Virus record (IMG/VR): IMGVR_UViG_2706795396_000001
Coordinates: 10,807 to 74,806 of that record
Origin: a virus
Taxonomy: Duplodnaviria; Caudoviricetes
DNA: 64,000 nucleotides
Strand: one strand, 5' to 3'
Positions within the stretch are counted from its first letter, which is position 1. The number at the start of each line of letters is the position of its first letter. Below the pieces are notes generated by a model. It made no database searches and had not been told where the DNA came from. It worked only from the letters and a program-made list of their open reading frames with translations. Positions 1 to 11,100 of the stretch are shown here, piece after piece. Both the position numbers and the translations under genes were made by a program.

Positions 1-2
1 TG

Positions 3-1235
3 TACAAGCAATTTAATGATCTATTTGAAGATGATGAAGAAAAGAGAAGTCTTAATAAAGAAAAAGAAGATAAGATCAAAGAGCTTTTTAATTCAATCAA
101 TCAAATAGACGAAGAAATTCGTTCTTTAGATAGACAATATGTATCCGAAAATAAGTTACAGAATAGAAAGAGAGAATTTATGAACAAGGAAGAAAAGTTA
201 GAAATTCGTCGTAACATTGAATCAGAAGCGTTTGCAATGAGAGTTCACGGCAAGAAGCCAAGTGACATTGCACGAGAATTGGCAAGCAAGTACGAAGTAC
301 GTGAAGAAGGTACTGGCGTTGCTGGCTCATCAGTTTCATCTCCAGGTTCAGTTTCACCGGCCGCACGGTTTGCTGCTGACATTACTTCAGAAGTTGGTAA
401 GAACGGTGGTTTGGAACCTGCTTACACTACTGAAACCATTATTCAACGTATGCGTGAAGCATCTCCTGCATGGGCTCAAGCTACTCACGTACCTTCAGTA
501 AACGGCTTCTTGCAAGTTCCACGTGAAACTGACGTTGCCAAGGCTGGTTTCGTTGGTGAAATGGAAGAAGCAAAACACGTAAATACTAAGTTTGATTACG
601 TAACTCTGGCTGACAAGCGTATTGGTGCTCAACTTCAACTTACTAGAACGATGCTTGACATGACGCCTATTGACCTGTTTGAATACGCAATTTCTCGTGT
701 AGGCGCAGCTGCTGGTTACGCTGTTGAACGTGCTATGTTTGTTGGTGATAAGTCTCACCCAGAAAAGACCTTCAAGCCTATCCTGGGTAACAACGACCGA
801 GCTCAAAGAATTACTCTTAAGGCCCCTAAGACGCCAACTGTTGAAGAACTTATCGACATTAAGAACTCAATTAACCCAAGCTACTTGGAAGGGGCTGCTT
901 GGTATGTATCTCGTGCTGTTTACAACGTTATTTCTAAGTTGAAGGACGGTGACGGTGCTTACCTGCTGTTCAAGAGTAACGTTCCTTCAAACGGTGGCGT
1001 TCAAACTTTGATGGGCTTCCCAATTTACGTAACGGACGCTTTGGCTGACGCTGATGAACAAATTGTGTTTGGTAACATGAGTAGAAGCTACGTCGTAACG
1101 GATAGTTCAGATACTAGACTTGATGTTATCACTGACGATACGACTCAAGCTGTTCATGACGGGGCACTTGTTGTTTTGAACAGCCATGGCGACGGTGCAG
1201 TCGTCGACCCTTATGGTTTCGTCACCGCTCGCTAA
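3..1235 (+). CDS. Major capsid protein, HK97 fold (5'-partial; frame open from window start)
   Basis: ORF 180-1235 has HK97-family motifs (A.FVGE, W.+S......I.KLKD.DG.YL, L.G.P+...D, FGN). Frame 3 has no stop from base 3 to 180 and encodes a coiled-coil (KIKELFNSINQIDEEIRSLD) resembling a delta/scaffold domain. Confidence 0.9.
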   Translation, partial: YKQFNDLFEDDEEKRSLNKEKEDKIKELFNSINQIDEEIRSLDRQYVSENKLQNRKREFMNKEEKLEIRRNIESEAFAMRVHGKKPSDIARELASKYEVREEGTGVAGSSVSSPGSVSPAARFAADITSEVGKNGGLEPAYTTETIIQRMREASPAWAQATHVPSVNGFLQVPRETDVAKAGFVGEMEEAKHVNTKFDYVTLADKRIGAQLQLTRTMLDMTPIDLFEYAISRVGAAAGYAVERAMFVGDKSHPEKTFKPILGNNDRAQRITLKAPKTPTVEELIDIKNSINPSYLEGAAWYVSRAVYNVISKLKDGDGAYLLFKSNVPSNGGVQTLMGFPIYVTDALADADEQIVFGNMSRSYVVTDSSDTRLDVITDDTTQAVHDGALVVLNSHGDGAVVDPYGFVTAR

Positions 1236-1248
1236 TTTGTTGATTATT

Positions 1249-1294
1249 AAAAGATGATAATATCTTTTCACTACCTATTATAGGTAGTGTACAT
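1249..1294 (+). terminator. Tandem hairpin element ending in TACAT after capsid gene
   Basis: AAAAGAT-gataat-ATCTTTT, then CACTACCTA-tta-TAGGTAGTG, then TACAT. Confidence 0.6.
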
Positions 1295-1303
1295 AAAAAA
1301 CTG

Positions 1304-1334
1304 CATGAAACGAACCTAGGACATGTGCTATAAT
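1304..1334 (+). promoter_or_regulatory. Extended -10 promoter for HNH gene
   Basis: ATGAAAC...TGC-TATAAT upstream of the HNH ORF; a similar ATGAAAC..CTAGG..TGTG.TAGAAT precedes the HNH at 46491. Confidence 0.45.
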
Positions 1335-1393
1335 GAGTGGTATTCACAAAAATAAGTAGATTATCACGAATTATAGAAAGAAGCATAGAAAAT

Positions 1394-2029
1394 ATGATAA
1401 ATACAGAAAAAACTATTTGGAAGACTTACCCAGAATTTCCATTTGTCGAGGTCAATCAGTTCGGCGAAGTTAGGACAAAAGATCATTATGTGCGGGGTAA
1501 AAACGGAAGTAAAAGATTAATCAAAGGTAGAGTTTTAAAGCAACAACTTAGCAACAGAGGCTACATATATGTCGTGTTCAGTATGAACAACAAAATAATT
1601 AACCTATACGTTCATCGCATTGTTGTCACCTGTTTTATCCCCAATCCCGATAACTTACCAGAGGTTAACCATAAAGACAACAACCCGACAAACAACGCCG
1701 TAAGCAATCTCGAATGGTGTACCCGCCAATACAACAATGACTACAAAAAGAATTTTGGAACGTCACCCGTAGAAGTATCTGGGCGGCCAGTGATTGCGAT
1801 TAACTTAGATAGCTTTAAAGTTTTATGGTTTGAGTCACAAAGTGAAGCTGCACGACAACTTGGTGTTTACATAACAAACGTTACTAAAGTCACCAAAGGT
1901 AAACTACACAAAACTGGAGGTTGCTGGTTTTGTTATGCGGACGAAAATGGTGTCGAAAAGACAAGAGTCAAGTTTGGTGATGAGATGGCTAAAAAGATTG
2001 AAAAGCTAATAAATGAGTATCGCAATTAG
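1394..2029 (+). CDS. NUMOD4-HNH-NUMOD1 homing endonuclease (copy 1)
   Basis: WK.YP.+PF+EV...G.+RT (NUMOD4), VHR+VV.CFIPNP.NLPEVNHKDNNP.NN.V.NLEWCT (HNH), FESQ.EAARQLG (NUMOD1). Start placed at ATG 1394, downstream of an A/G-rich tract. Confidence 0.92.
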   Translation: MINTEKTIWKTYPEFPFVEVNQFGEVRTKDHYVRGKNGSKRLIKGRVLKQQLSNRGYIYVVFSMNNKIINLYVHRIVVTCFIPNPDNLPEVNHKDNNPTNNAVSNLEWCTRQYNNDYKKNFGTSPVEVSGRPVIAINLDSFKVLWFESQSEAARQLGVYITNVTKVTKGKLHKTGGCWFCYADENGVEKTRVKFGDEMAKKIEKLINEYRN

Positions 2030-2077
2030 CATGCGCAACTAATACACACAATCTCAAAAGAAAGGAGAAGAGGCTTT

Positions 2078-2389
2078 TTGAGTGTCACCTTGAAAGATTT
2101 TAAAAATCAGTTAAATGCCGATAGTTTTAGTACCGATGAAGATGATTATCTTCAATCTCTGCTTGATGTCGCAAAGGTTTACGTTAAGAATTATTTGCAA
2201 ACCGAAGACCTTGGATACAACACTAGCGAAATAGAGAAAATTACAGACGAGCTGGTTTTACAACAGGCCACCCACGCTTATTTGAACCGAGACGGGGTAA
2301 GCGAAGAGACGCAACGCAGAACAGGGTCTCAACTCTACAGGGGATCATTTAATGTGATCGCTGATTATTTTAGAAGAACGGAAATCTGA
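2078..2389 (+). CDS. Head-tail connector (gp6/gp15-like)
   Basis: TTG start after AAAGGAG; size, position and motif (K..L..D....D..L..L+..A...+.NY, Y.NR) fit the family. Confidence 0.75.
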   Translation: MSVTLKDFKNQLNADSFSTDEDDYLQSLLDVAKVYVKNYLQTEDLGYNTSEIEKITDELVLQQATHAYLNRDGVSEETQRRTGSQLYRGSFNVIADYFRRTEI

Positions 2390-2391
2390 CA

Positions 2392-2772
2392 ATGACAAAT
2401 ACAGTAAAACTTTGGCGCTACCATGAGAAGGTGGTCTTAGGAAATCCCAACGGCAAAGTCCAGACCAGACCAGGGAGATATGTTAGCAAATTTGTACCTA
2501 AAATCACTCTTCATTGTGCTCCGTACAGACTTTCTGAAAGATACATAACTTCAATCCAGGGCACTGATTTTCAAAATACTATTGTTCTAGCAATTAGACA
2601 TCATCCAGACATCAATTACGAAAGCTTTCAAGCTTTTTATAAGGGGAGATATTATAGTGTGTCTTATGTTACGTCAGATGAGAGTAATCTGGTAACATAT
2701 GATCTAATTTCTCTAAGATTGGTAGAGAAGAACGGTAATATTTCAGCTTATCCAGAAGGAAAGGGTGATTAA
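2392..2772 (+). CDS. Head-tail adaptor/stopper
   Basis: Synteny between connector and gp10-like gene; +..AIRH...I....Y.G..Y.+..+..D motif. Confidence 0.7.
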   Translation: MTNTVKLWRYHEKVVLGNPNGKVQTRPGRYVSKFVPKITLHCAPYRLSERYITSIQGTDFQNTIVLAIRHHPDINYESFQAFYKGRYYSVSYVTSDESNLVTYDLISLRLVEKNGNISAYPEGKGD

Positions 2773-2773
2773 C

Positions 2774-3250
2774 ATGCCAAAAAACAAGCGTTGGAGTATT
2801 TCTTACACGTCACCTAATGGTTTAAAACTTGACAACGCTATTATGACTGACATCTTCACTGCCACTGAAGCAAAACATATGACTGAAGCTGGCGCAGAAG
2901 AGGCTAAGAAGATTCTTGAGAAGAATGCACCTCACATGACTGCACCTCACAGCATGAAACTTTATGGTGTAGACAGAGATAAGCACTTAGACGAAGCTGT
3001 TACTATTACTTCTTCACGGTCTAATGGTACAAATGGTGTGGGAGCTTATTCTTTAGTTGGTTGGACATCTGCTTACTATCCTTTGGCCGCATGGACAAAT
3101 AATGGTACTTATCGGCAACCTGCCCAGTTTTGGTGGGAAAGAAAAGCAATTCCAGAATTTCAATCTAAGCAGCCAGAAATTGCTAAGATTGTTGAAGCTG
3201 AAGCTGACGCTATATTCCTTAAAAAGTTTGGTCAAGGGACTTGGAGGTAA
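2774..3250 (+). CDS. HK97 gp10-like tail completion protein
   Basis: EAGAE....L..NAP...HL...+...N.GT..QPAQ.WWE pattern and synteny. Confidence 0.75.
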   Translation: MPKNKRWSISYTSPNGLKLDNAIMTDIFTATEAKHMTEAGAEEAKKILEKNAPHMTAPHSMKLYGVDRDKHLDEAVTITSSRSNGTNGVGAYSLVGWTSAYYPLAAWTNNGTYRQPAQFWWERKAIPEFQSKQPEIAKIVEAEADAIFLKKFGQGTWR

Positions 3251-3253
3251 TAT

Positions 3254-3709
3254 ATGGCTGTTGCGGAAGACATTCAACAAGATATTGTTGCTTGGATATT
3301 AGAACATAAGTCTAACCCCCTATTTCTTAACGAATTAGATGAAGAGCAAGTCTATTCTTATGGCGTGCCTAGAAACGTTAATGGTAACAAACTAAATAAG
3401 ATTATCATTCTTATCAGAGAAATAGCAATACAGCCTAATTTGTATGGTTCTAACCAAGCACAGGAAGAAGTGGCTACCGCTCAAGTTCAATTCTTTTACC
3501 CTAATGAGAGCGACGTGTCACCTCTAACAGATGATGACGGAAGCCCGGTCTATTATGACTACTATAGAGATATAGAAAAACCGATTTTGGACTACCTACA
3601 TGAGAAAAAAGGTTGGTCCAGAACTCTCGGTGGTGGTCATGACTTAGCCCCTGACACAGAACAAATTTATTCAACCTATCACATACACACTTCGATAAAT
3701 TATCTATAA
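3254..3709 (+). CDS. Tail terminator / tail component
   Basis: Directly upstream of the major tail gene; YGSN....E...QVQ+FY motif typical of Lactobacillus phage tail components. Confidence 0.65.
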   Translation: MAVAEDIQQDIVAWILEHKSNPLFLNELDEEQVYSYGVPRNVNGNKLNKIIILIREIAIQPNLYGSNQAQEEVATAQVQFFYPNESDVSPLTDDDGSPVYYDYYRDIEKPILDYLHEKKGWSRTLGGGHDLAPDTEQIYSTYHIHTSINYL

Positions 3710-3728
3710 GAAATGGAGAATATAATAT

Positions 3729-4376
3729 ATGGCAACTAACTCAAACATTGGTTCATTTGGTGTAAAGTATGCACGTATTGCAGTGCTGGATTCTAATGAA
3801 CAGGTAAATAAGACGGCTTTTGGCTCTTTTAGTAATGGTGTAACTAATGGTATCTTTAAGGCAGACGAAAAGACTGCTCGTGGTATTACTGTTGGTAACA
3901 TTACTGGTTTGGCACCTAACTCTTCTGACGTTTACGGTTCTAACATGAAGATTAGCACTGTTAGAAACGGTGTTGGTAACCCAAGTGCAACTTTGACGTT
4001 TAACGACTTCCCAATGGAAGTTCTTCACGTTTTGAACGGTTACACTGTAGACGAAAATGGCATTGCAACTCTGGGCGCAGATAACAAAGCTCCATACTGC
4101 GCCGTTGAACTTGTTTCAACTGACTGGGACGGGAATGACCTTCACTTTGCTCTCTTGAAGGGGCTGTTCTCACCAGTTGAACACGACCTGCAAACCAACA
4201 ACGAAAGCAAGCAACAAGCAACCGTATCATTCACGTTTAATGCTTCTCCACGTATTTCAGACCGAAAGGCTTACGCAGAAATCAACTCAGGTGATGCTAA
4301 GTTCAATCAAAACAAGTGGGACGCTTTCATCTTCCCGTCCACTGGTTCTTCAGTAGTTTCAAGTCTTGGTCATTAA
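3729..4376 (+). CDS. Major tail (tube) protein
   Basis: FG+..A.IA.LD, ....L.KG.F....L.TN motifs, synteny and strong codon bias. Confidence 0.85.
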   Translation: MATNSNIGSFGVKYARIAVLDSNEQVNKTAFGSFSNGVTNGIFKADEKTARGITVGNITGLAPNSSDVYGSNMKISTVRNGVGNPSATLTFNDFPMEVLHVLNGYTVDENGIATLGADNKAPYCAVELVSTDWDGNDLHFALLKGLFSPVEHDLQTNNESKQQATVSFTFNASPRISDRKAYAEINSGDAKFNQNKWDAFIFPSTGSSVVSSLGH

Positions 4377-4427
4377 TCAAGATAATCTTGATTATCACAA
4401 GGAAACAAATGTTTCCTTTGTGTACAT
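4374..4427 (+). terminator. Tandem hairpin element ending in TACAT after major tail gene
   Basis: TAATCAAGA-taa-TCTTGATTA, then CACAAGGAAACA-aa-TGTTTCCTTTGTG, then TACAT. Confidence 0.6.
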
Positions 4428-4464
4428 TTTGACATATTTTATATAGAAAGAGTGTTATAATATT

Positions 4465-4851
4465 ATGCAAAGAAAATTTAAAGAAGCCGACAAGTTGGGT
4501 CTGAAGACCCCATATTTCATGACTGTTACTACTAGGATGTATAAGGACGCCTTGTCAACTCAGATTCAAGAAAATAAACTTGAAGCTGAAGTCACTAAGG
4601 TTATGGAAGACGAAAACATTGACGATGCAACTAAATATATGAAGATGCTTGAAAACAATCTGAAGTCACAGGAACTTGTTTCCGACTTCTTGATTAGAAC
4701 TTTTAAGCTAGACAAGAAACATCAAGAAATTTTAGACGACATGGAACTGGACGAGCAAGTTGACCTGTTTTCAAAGGTAATCATGTTTATTCAAGGATTC
4801 GATGAAGAAGAGGTTGAAGAGGCTCTAAACTCTTCTGACGACAAAAGATAA
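4465..4851 (+). CDS. Tail assembly chaperone (gpG-like)
   Basis: Acidic 128-aa protein between the major tail and tape measure genes. Confidence 0.8.
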   Translation: MQRKFKEADKLGLKTPYFMTVTTRMYKDALSTQIQENKLEAEVTKVMEDENIDDATKYMKMLENNLKSQELVSDFLIRTFKLDKKHQEILDDMELDEQVDLFSKVIMFIQGFDEEEVEEALNSSDDKR

Positions 4852-5077
4852 AATAACTTATGAAGAACTTCTAGAATATACTAGATATTTAGAGTTAGAG
4901 TTAAGCCAAAACGGTTATGGTTCTTTAAACGAGCTTGAAGACACCGATTACTTTGAAATTCAAGAATGGTTAAAGGCACGTTCACCAGAGCAGATAGAAG
5001 AAGAGAAAGAAGCTATCTACGAAAAAGACGGTAAAAAATCTCTTGCTATGTTTCTTCACTCAGCCCTTGGTAATTAG
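4829..5077 (+). CDS. Tail assembly chaperone C-terminal extension (gpT-like), +1 frame, no clear own start
   Basis: Open frame of 82 codons overlapping the chaperone 3' end (…KDKITYEELLEY…SLNELEDTDYFEIQEWLKAR…SALGN*). The only ATG is near its end. Absent from the ORF track. Confidence 0.7.
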   Translation, partial: TLLTTKDKITYEELLEYTRYLELELSQNGYGSLNELEDTDYFEIQEWLKARSPEQIEEEKEAIYEKDGKKSLAMFLHSALGN

Positions 5078-5094
5078 AAATCAAGGGCTTTTTT
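5062..5094 (+). terminator. Intrinsic terminator-like hairpin before tape measure gene
   Basis: AGCCCTTG-N12-CAAGGGCT followed by TTTTT. Confidence 0.6.
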
Positions 5095-5129
5095 CATTTA
5101 TATAAAAAAGAAAGAGTAGGAATATATAT

Positions 5130-8100
5130 ATGGCAGACAGAGTAGGAAGCGGAGCAGAAATTAAATTCCGTGTTGGTGTTGACACTTCCACCGCTGAAAA
5201 GAACTTAAGAGAACTCAAAAAGCAATTTCGGAATGTAAATGACGAAATGAAGGCTACAGATACTCAACTAGCTGCTGCTGGTGATACCTTTGGCCTTTTA
5301 GAGAACGATTTAGCTCACCTTGAAGCGGCAATGAAGATTCAGAAGGCCGCTGTCGAAAAAGCTAAAGAAGAGTGGGAGAAGATGACCAAGGTTGTTACTG
5401 ATGCTAACGGGGCAACCCGAAGAGTCAGTGACACAACTAACCACAATGCCAACATTGTTGCGAGAGCAAGAAGTGAATATGACAAGCAGTTAGTCACTCT
5501 GAAAAAAGTTTCTGCTCAATATGATGTAATTCAAGCTAAGGTTAAAGTTTACAACTCTAACATTTCAGAATTAGTCGAAAAACACAAGGCAGAACAAAGT
5601 GTCTTAGAGCAAGAAGTTAAGTTAGCAAAAGCTCAAGGGAATGAGACAGAAGCTCAAGCCAAACAGCTTAAACTTCTTAACAAGCAGTATTCAGACGCCG
5701 TTTCTGAATCTAAGCGATACGAAAAAACTCTAAAAGAACTTAAAGATAGTGGTCTAGAGAACACTGTTCAATATAAGCAACAAGAGTCTGCCTTAAAAAA
5801 GACTCAAGTTCAGATGGCTGCTACTAAAAAGAGTATTTCTGATATTAATGCCAGTCTTGAACACTCTAAATTAGGTATTGAAGCTTTCAATACTAGTATG
5901 GAGGAGTCTGAAAAGGCTTTTGAACATGCGTTAAAAGTAAGTTCCGCCTATGATAATTCGGTCAAACAGCTAGACAAGCAGATTGAACATAGCAAAGAAG
6001 TTCAAAAAACTTTAGCAGCTGAAATTAAGCGGGTTGAAACAGCAAAACAAAACCTTGTCAAGAACGCCGCTAAAGAAAAAAGAGCTACTATTGAGAATTC
6101 TGATGCGTATCGATCTTTATCAAAGCACCTCGCAGATTTAGAGGAGCGTCAAGCCTCAAGTATCTTACAAGAGAGGGCTTTAGTTAAGGCTAGAAAAGAA
6201 GCTCTTGTTCAAAAGACTCTGGAGACTACTGGACTTAAAGATTTTAACAAATCATTTAAGGAAACAGAAGAGCTTGTTAAGAAGCAAATTGAACGACAAA
6301 GACAATTAAAGGGCGAAACGAGTGCAAATCTAAAAGCTATTGAACTCTATAAAGCTCAGCAAGAGGCGTTAAAAAAAGAAATTGGCAGACTTACAAGTGC
6401 TAGAGGTAATTTAGCTAAACAAGGTCAGAAAGAGTCTGAATCTTACAAACTTGTAAATAAGGCCATTATAGAAAATCAAGCTAGATATACAAACCTCGCT
6501 AAAGAAATTGAAAAGGCTAACACAGCAATAGAGCTGAACAATACTCATGTCAAAGAGAATGAGGCTATTGCTAAAAAGCACGATCAAATATATAGAGAGC
6601 TTGATGCACGTTTTAAAGACTTTAACGGTACTGTCAAGGCTAACGTTGAACAACAAAAGCATCTTGCAACTCAATTAAACGACAGCAAGGCTAAAATTAA
6701 GTCATATAAAGAAGCTTTAGTTGCTTTAAATAAAAATTATAAAGACAACGAAAAAGAAATTTCTGAATATGAATTAAAGCTTGAACAAGAAAAGACTAAA
6801 TACTCTTCTTTGACCAAGAAGATGGCAGAGTATAGAAGTGGCTTAGTCCTTTTAAGAACCACTCAACAGAACGTAACTGCTATTAACGAATCTGCCTATA
6901 ATGCTTTAAAAAGTCAAGGTAGACAGTATGAAGCGAACTATGTTCGTATTAAAGCGCTCAAGAAAGAGCATGAAGAGCTAACCGCTCAATTAAGGATTGA
7001 GAAATCTTTACTAGAGACCACTGCTAGAAAGTCGGGCGTAAGTTCTGTTGCTTATGCAAATCAAGCTTCAAAAGTTAACGGTATTCAAAGCAGAATAAGT
7101 TCAAATGCTAATGAAGCTAATGAGTTAATCAAGAACACAGCTTTAATTAACTCAACCAACAAGCGTGCAGATGCTATTGTAAGATTAGCTAAGAAGTACG
7201 AAAATCTAGGGGTTGTTTTACGTGGTGTTGGTGTTGCAGGGGTAGCTGGCCTTGCTGGATTAATCTATTTAGGCGTGCAAGGCTCTAAGATTGCCACTGA
7301 TTTAAACAACACTTTCACAAGAACTAAGAACTTAATTGTTACTTCAAACACAGAAACCACTGCTGAAATAACCAAAAACATGGCAAAGATGAAGCGACAA
7401 GTAAAAGACTTGGCTTCAACTTATGGTGAAAGTCAAAAAGAATTAGCTGAAGGACAACAAGAACTTATCAAGCGTGGTTATTCGTCAGGACAAGCTGTAA
7501 AAGCTTTTGGGCAGTATGTTAAGGCAGCTGCCGCAACTGGTGAAGACTTCAATGAAGTAACTCAAGTAGGTGCTGCAACGCTTGAAGCGTTCGACATGCG
7601 ACAAACCCACACTTACTCAAACTCAAAGAAAGTGTTGAACGCTATCGCCTATGCTGCCGACATGACAGCCTCAGACTTTAAGAGTTTGGGGATTGGTATG
7701 GAGTATGTTGCTTCGTATGCTCACCAAGCTGGTATTTCACTAGAAGAAACCGCTTCAGCATTAGGTATCCTGTCTAACAACGGTCTGGAAGCTCAAAAGG
7801 CTGGTACTGGTTTACGTAAGATTATTTCTTCTCTTACGTCACCAACTAAAGCCGCCGAGGAAGCTTTGAAAAGTGTCGGTTTAAAGACTTCAGACTTTGT
7901 TAATAAGTCTGGTAAGTTAAAGAGTATTTCTCAAATATTCGGGCTTTTAGCTAAACACACCGAAAAAATATCAAAAGCTAAGAAAGTTGACCTGCTACAC
8001 AAAATCTTCGGTCAGACTGGACAGAACGCCGCCGGTATATTCTTAACTAACGCTCAATCTGCTTTGAAAGGAACGGCAGAAAGCGTTGATGAGTTAACCT

Positions 8101-11100
8101 CTAAAGTTCGAAAGGCTGAAAAGAACGACTATATTGGCCGACTAGCTAAAAAGAACATGAACACGCTACAAGGTCAATTAAAGATCTTGAAGCAAACCTG
8201 GAGTGTTACTGAAACAAACTTCGGGCAAGATGTTCAACCGTTCTTAAAGAACTCTGTTCACGTGGCTCAACAAGTTCTTAAAGCATTTAACGACTTACCT
8301 AGACCAATGCGTCAAACCATTGAAGCAACAACTGCTATTGGTTTAGGGTTTATGACTTTAGCCGGAGCTGTTGGTGTATTCCAAAAGATAATGTCGCCAG
8401 CTGTTCAACTTCTCATGAGATTCACGGTTCATGACAAGGCTATCAAAGATGAAGCGACTGGAGTAGTTTCTTCTCTATCAACAGAAGGTTCGGCTGTTCA
8501 AGCTTTAACTGAAAAATACGCTAAATTAGCCGAAGAGAAAAAATTAGCGTCAGAATCCTACACTGGTTCATCAGATGTAGGTGGTGCTGAAGAAAATGTG
8601 ACCAATGCCGTTGGTGATGTAACTGAAGCTGAAAAAACAGCTAAGACCGTCACGACTGGTGAAAAGGTTGCTGAAGAGGCTTCTGAAGCCGCAGGTGTGG
8701 CTACTACAGGTAAAGTTGCCAAAAATGCTGAGGCTAAAGGCGTTGAAACAGTTGAAAAGTTCGCTAAAGGAGCTGACAAAGCTTCTAAATCAGCTTCTTT
8801 TAGAGCTGCTGGCAGATCAATCTTAGGCAAGCTTTTTAACGCTGGGATGTTTGTTCAGACTGGTATATCTCTCGTTTCAAGTATACATAAATCCATGACA
8901 GGTAAGACTGCAAACGAGAGATGGAAAGGCACTGGTGAAGCTGTAGCTGGTAGCATAGCCGCCTCCGCAACCGCTTACTTTACTGGCAATCCTATTCTAG
9001 CTTCTGTCGCTTATGACGTAGCCTCTACAGGTGGCGGTGCTTTATTAGGGAATGAAAAAGTAAGAAAAACCGTTGGCAAGTTTAATTCTAAGCTTGATTC
9101 ACATACCAGCACTTACACCCCTTATACTTACTCTCTTAGTACTGGTAACGTAAACCCCAATGACTTAAACTCTGGTAATTATGACTCTTATGGAGCAAAA
9201 CGGCTTCTAGACAAAGAACAAAAAGATTACGAAAAAGAACAGAAGAGAAAGCGAAGACTTAGAAAAGCACAAAAAGTTGTTGACAGGGTAAAAACTGCCG
9301 ATTTCAACTTCCAAGAATCATTAGCGAATGCTGAATTTGAGGCTAAGTACGACCTTAGTCCAACAAAGAAAAAGATCCGCAAAACTTACACTGTTAAGTC
9401 GGGAGATACTTTAAGCTCCATTGCAAAAAAGAATCATACAACAGTAAGCAAGTTAGCAAAACAAAACAAGATTGTAAATCCTAACTTGGTTCTTGCGGGT
9501 AAAAAGCTTAAAATCAATGCGACAATCAAAGCAAAGGTTGACGCTAAGGCTTTAGCGAAATCAATAAAATCGTCATTTGATAGTCTGATTAGTAGCACAG
9601 AAAAAAAGAATAAAAAACTTCAACAGGCTAATAAGAAGACTATTAAAAACTTGTTCAATAGTGGCTTGATTAGCAAGAAGACTATGAACAAGTTAGACAA
9701 AAACAACGCAAACATTACCAAGTCATATAAAAAGACTTATAGTAAAGTTAAGAGTCTAACAGATCAATATACCACAGCATTAGCCCAAGGTAGAACGAAA
9801 AAAGCCAAGCAACTTAAAAAGCAACTTGTTAAAGAAGAACACACCCTTCAAACTCAACTTCTTAAAGCGCAAGCACGAGGTAATACTAAACTTAACAGCT
9901 CTCTAGACACTCTTAAGCGTAAGGGTTACAAGATCTCTAAGAAAGCTGCATTAAAGCAAGTTGAAATTGCCACGGATGCCGCTAATAAAGAAATTAAAGC
10001 TGCATACAAGACTAAGAAGAAGACTGTTCAATCAGCTGAAAATAAGTACAAGGAGACAGTAAAGTCTCTTAAAAAACTTAGAGATTCACATGTAGGGTTT
10101 ACCGAAGATGAATACAAAGATGCCGTAGCCAAGGCGAAGGCTACAAAGAAAGCAACGGTAACCGGAGCTGAAGAAACTTATAAGAGCTCTTACAAGTATT
10201 ATAGTAAGAAGCAAAAAGCTGTTGTCAAACTGGCTACTAAAGAAAGAAAAGATATCAAGAAAAACCTAGACAAGTCGGAAAAATACCAACTTGTTAGCCA
10301 AAAGAACGCTAAAAAGAATTTGGATAAGTTTAAAGGTTCTTTCCAAAAAAGCTGGGATTCATTTTGGGGAGGCCTTGGTAAATCTTGGAACGATTTTTGG
10401 AGCGGTGTCGGCAAGGCTTTTGATTTCCACGCAACTCTTAAAAAGGCTATAAAAAATACCACACCTTCGAAATACCAAACACCTAAAACGAAGGCAACTC
10501 ATAGTGGTGGACACTATGTAGAAGCCCATGCTAACGGTGGTGTAGCTAAGAGCGGTGTAGCCTTAGTCGGTGAAGCTGGTCAAGAACTTGTCTACTCACC
10601 ATATAGCAACCATGCTAGATTGGTTGGTACGAAGGGTGCCCAGTTCACTAATCTTAAAGCTGGAGAGCACATCCTTAATGCTAAAGACACTGCCAGATTA
10701 ATGAGTGGTAACTATGTAGGTAAACTTCCTGCATATGCAAATGGTACTGTTCAGTCCTTTGCAGGAGGCTCATATAGTCTTCCTAGCGTGTCTACTGGTG
10801 TTAAAGGTATAAGTAGACTAATCCAGAAATTAAAGAGCTTAGACAGGCAATTACGATGGTTGTCAAAGAGAATACCTAAAGAATTCAATAAGATTTCTAG
10901 CTCACTGAGTGATCAAATGGGTTCTGATGGTATGTTTGGTGTGCTGAGAAAGAGCACTAAGCAACTTAATAGATTTAATTCTGCCACTAAGAAGTTCTCA
11001 GCTAACATTGCTAAGATTTGGAAGAATCTTAACAAGAAGATTGTAAGCAACACAGACAACACTAATGATAAACAGTTAGATAGTGTAAAAGATACTCTCA

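Noticed and set aside
1236-2077. Group I intron around the HNH genes
   Set aside because: The HNH genes lie between complete ORFs and no P7/R-S core was recognised; RT-PCR would be decisive.
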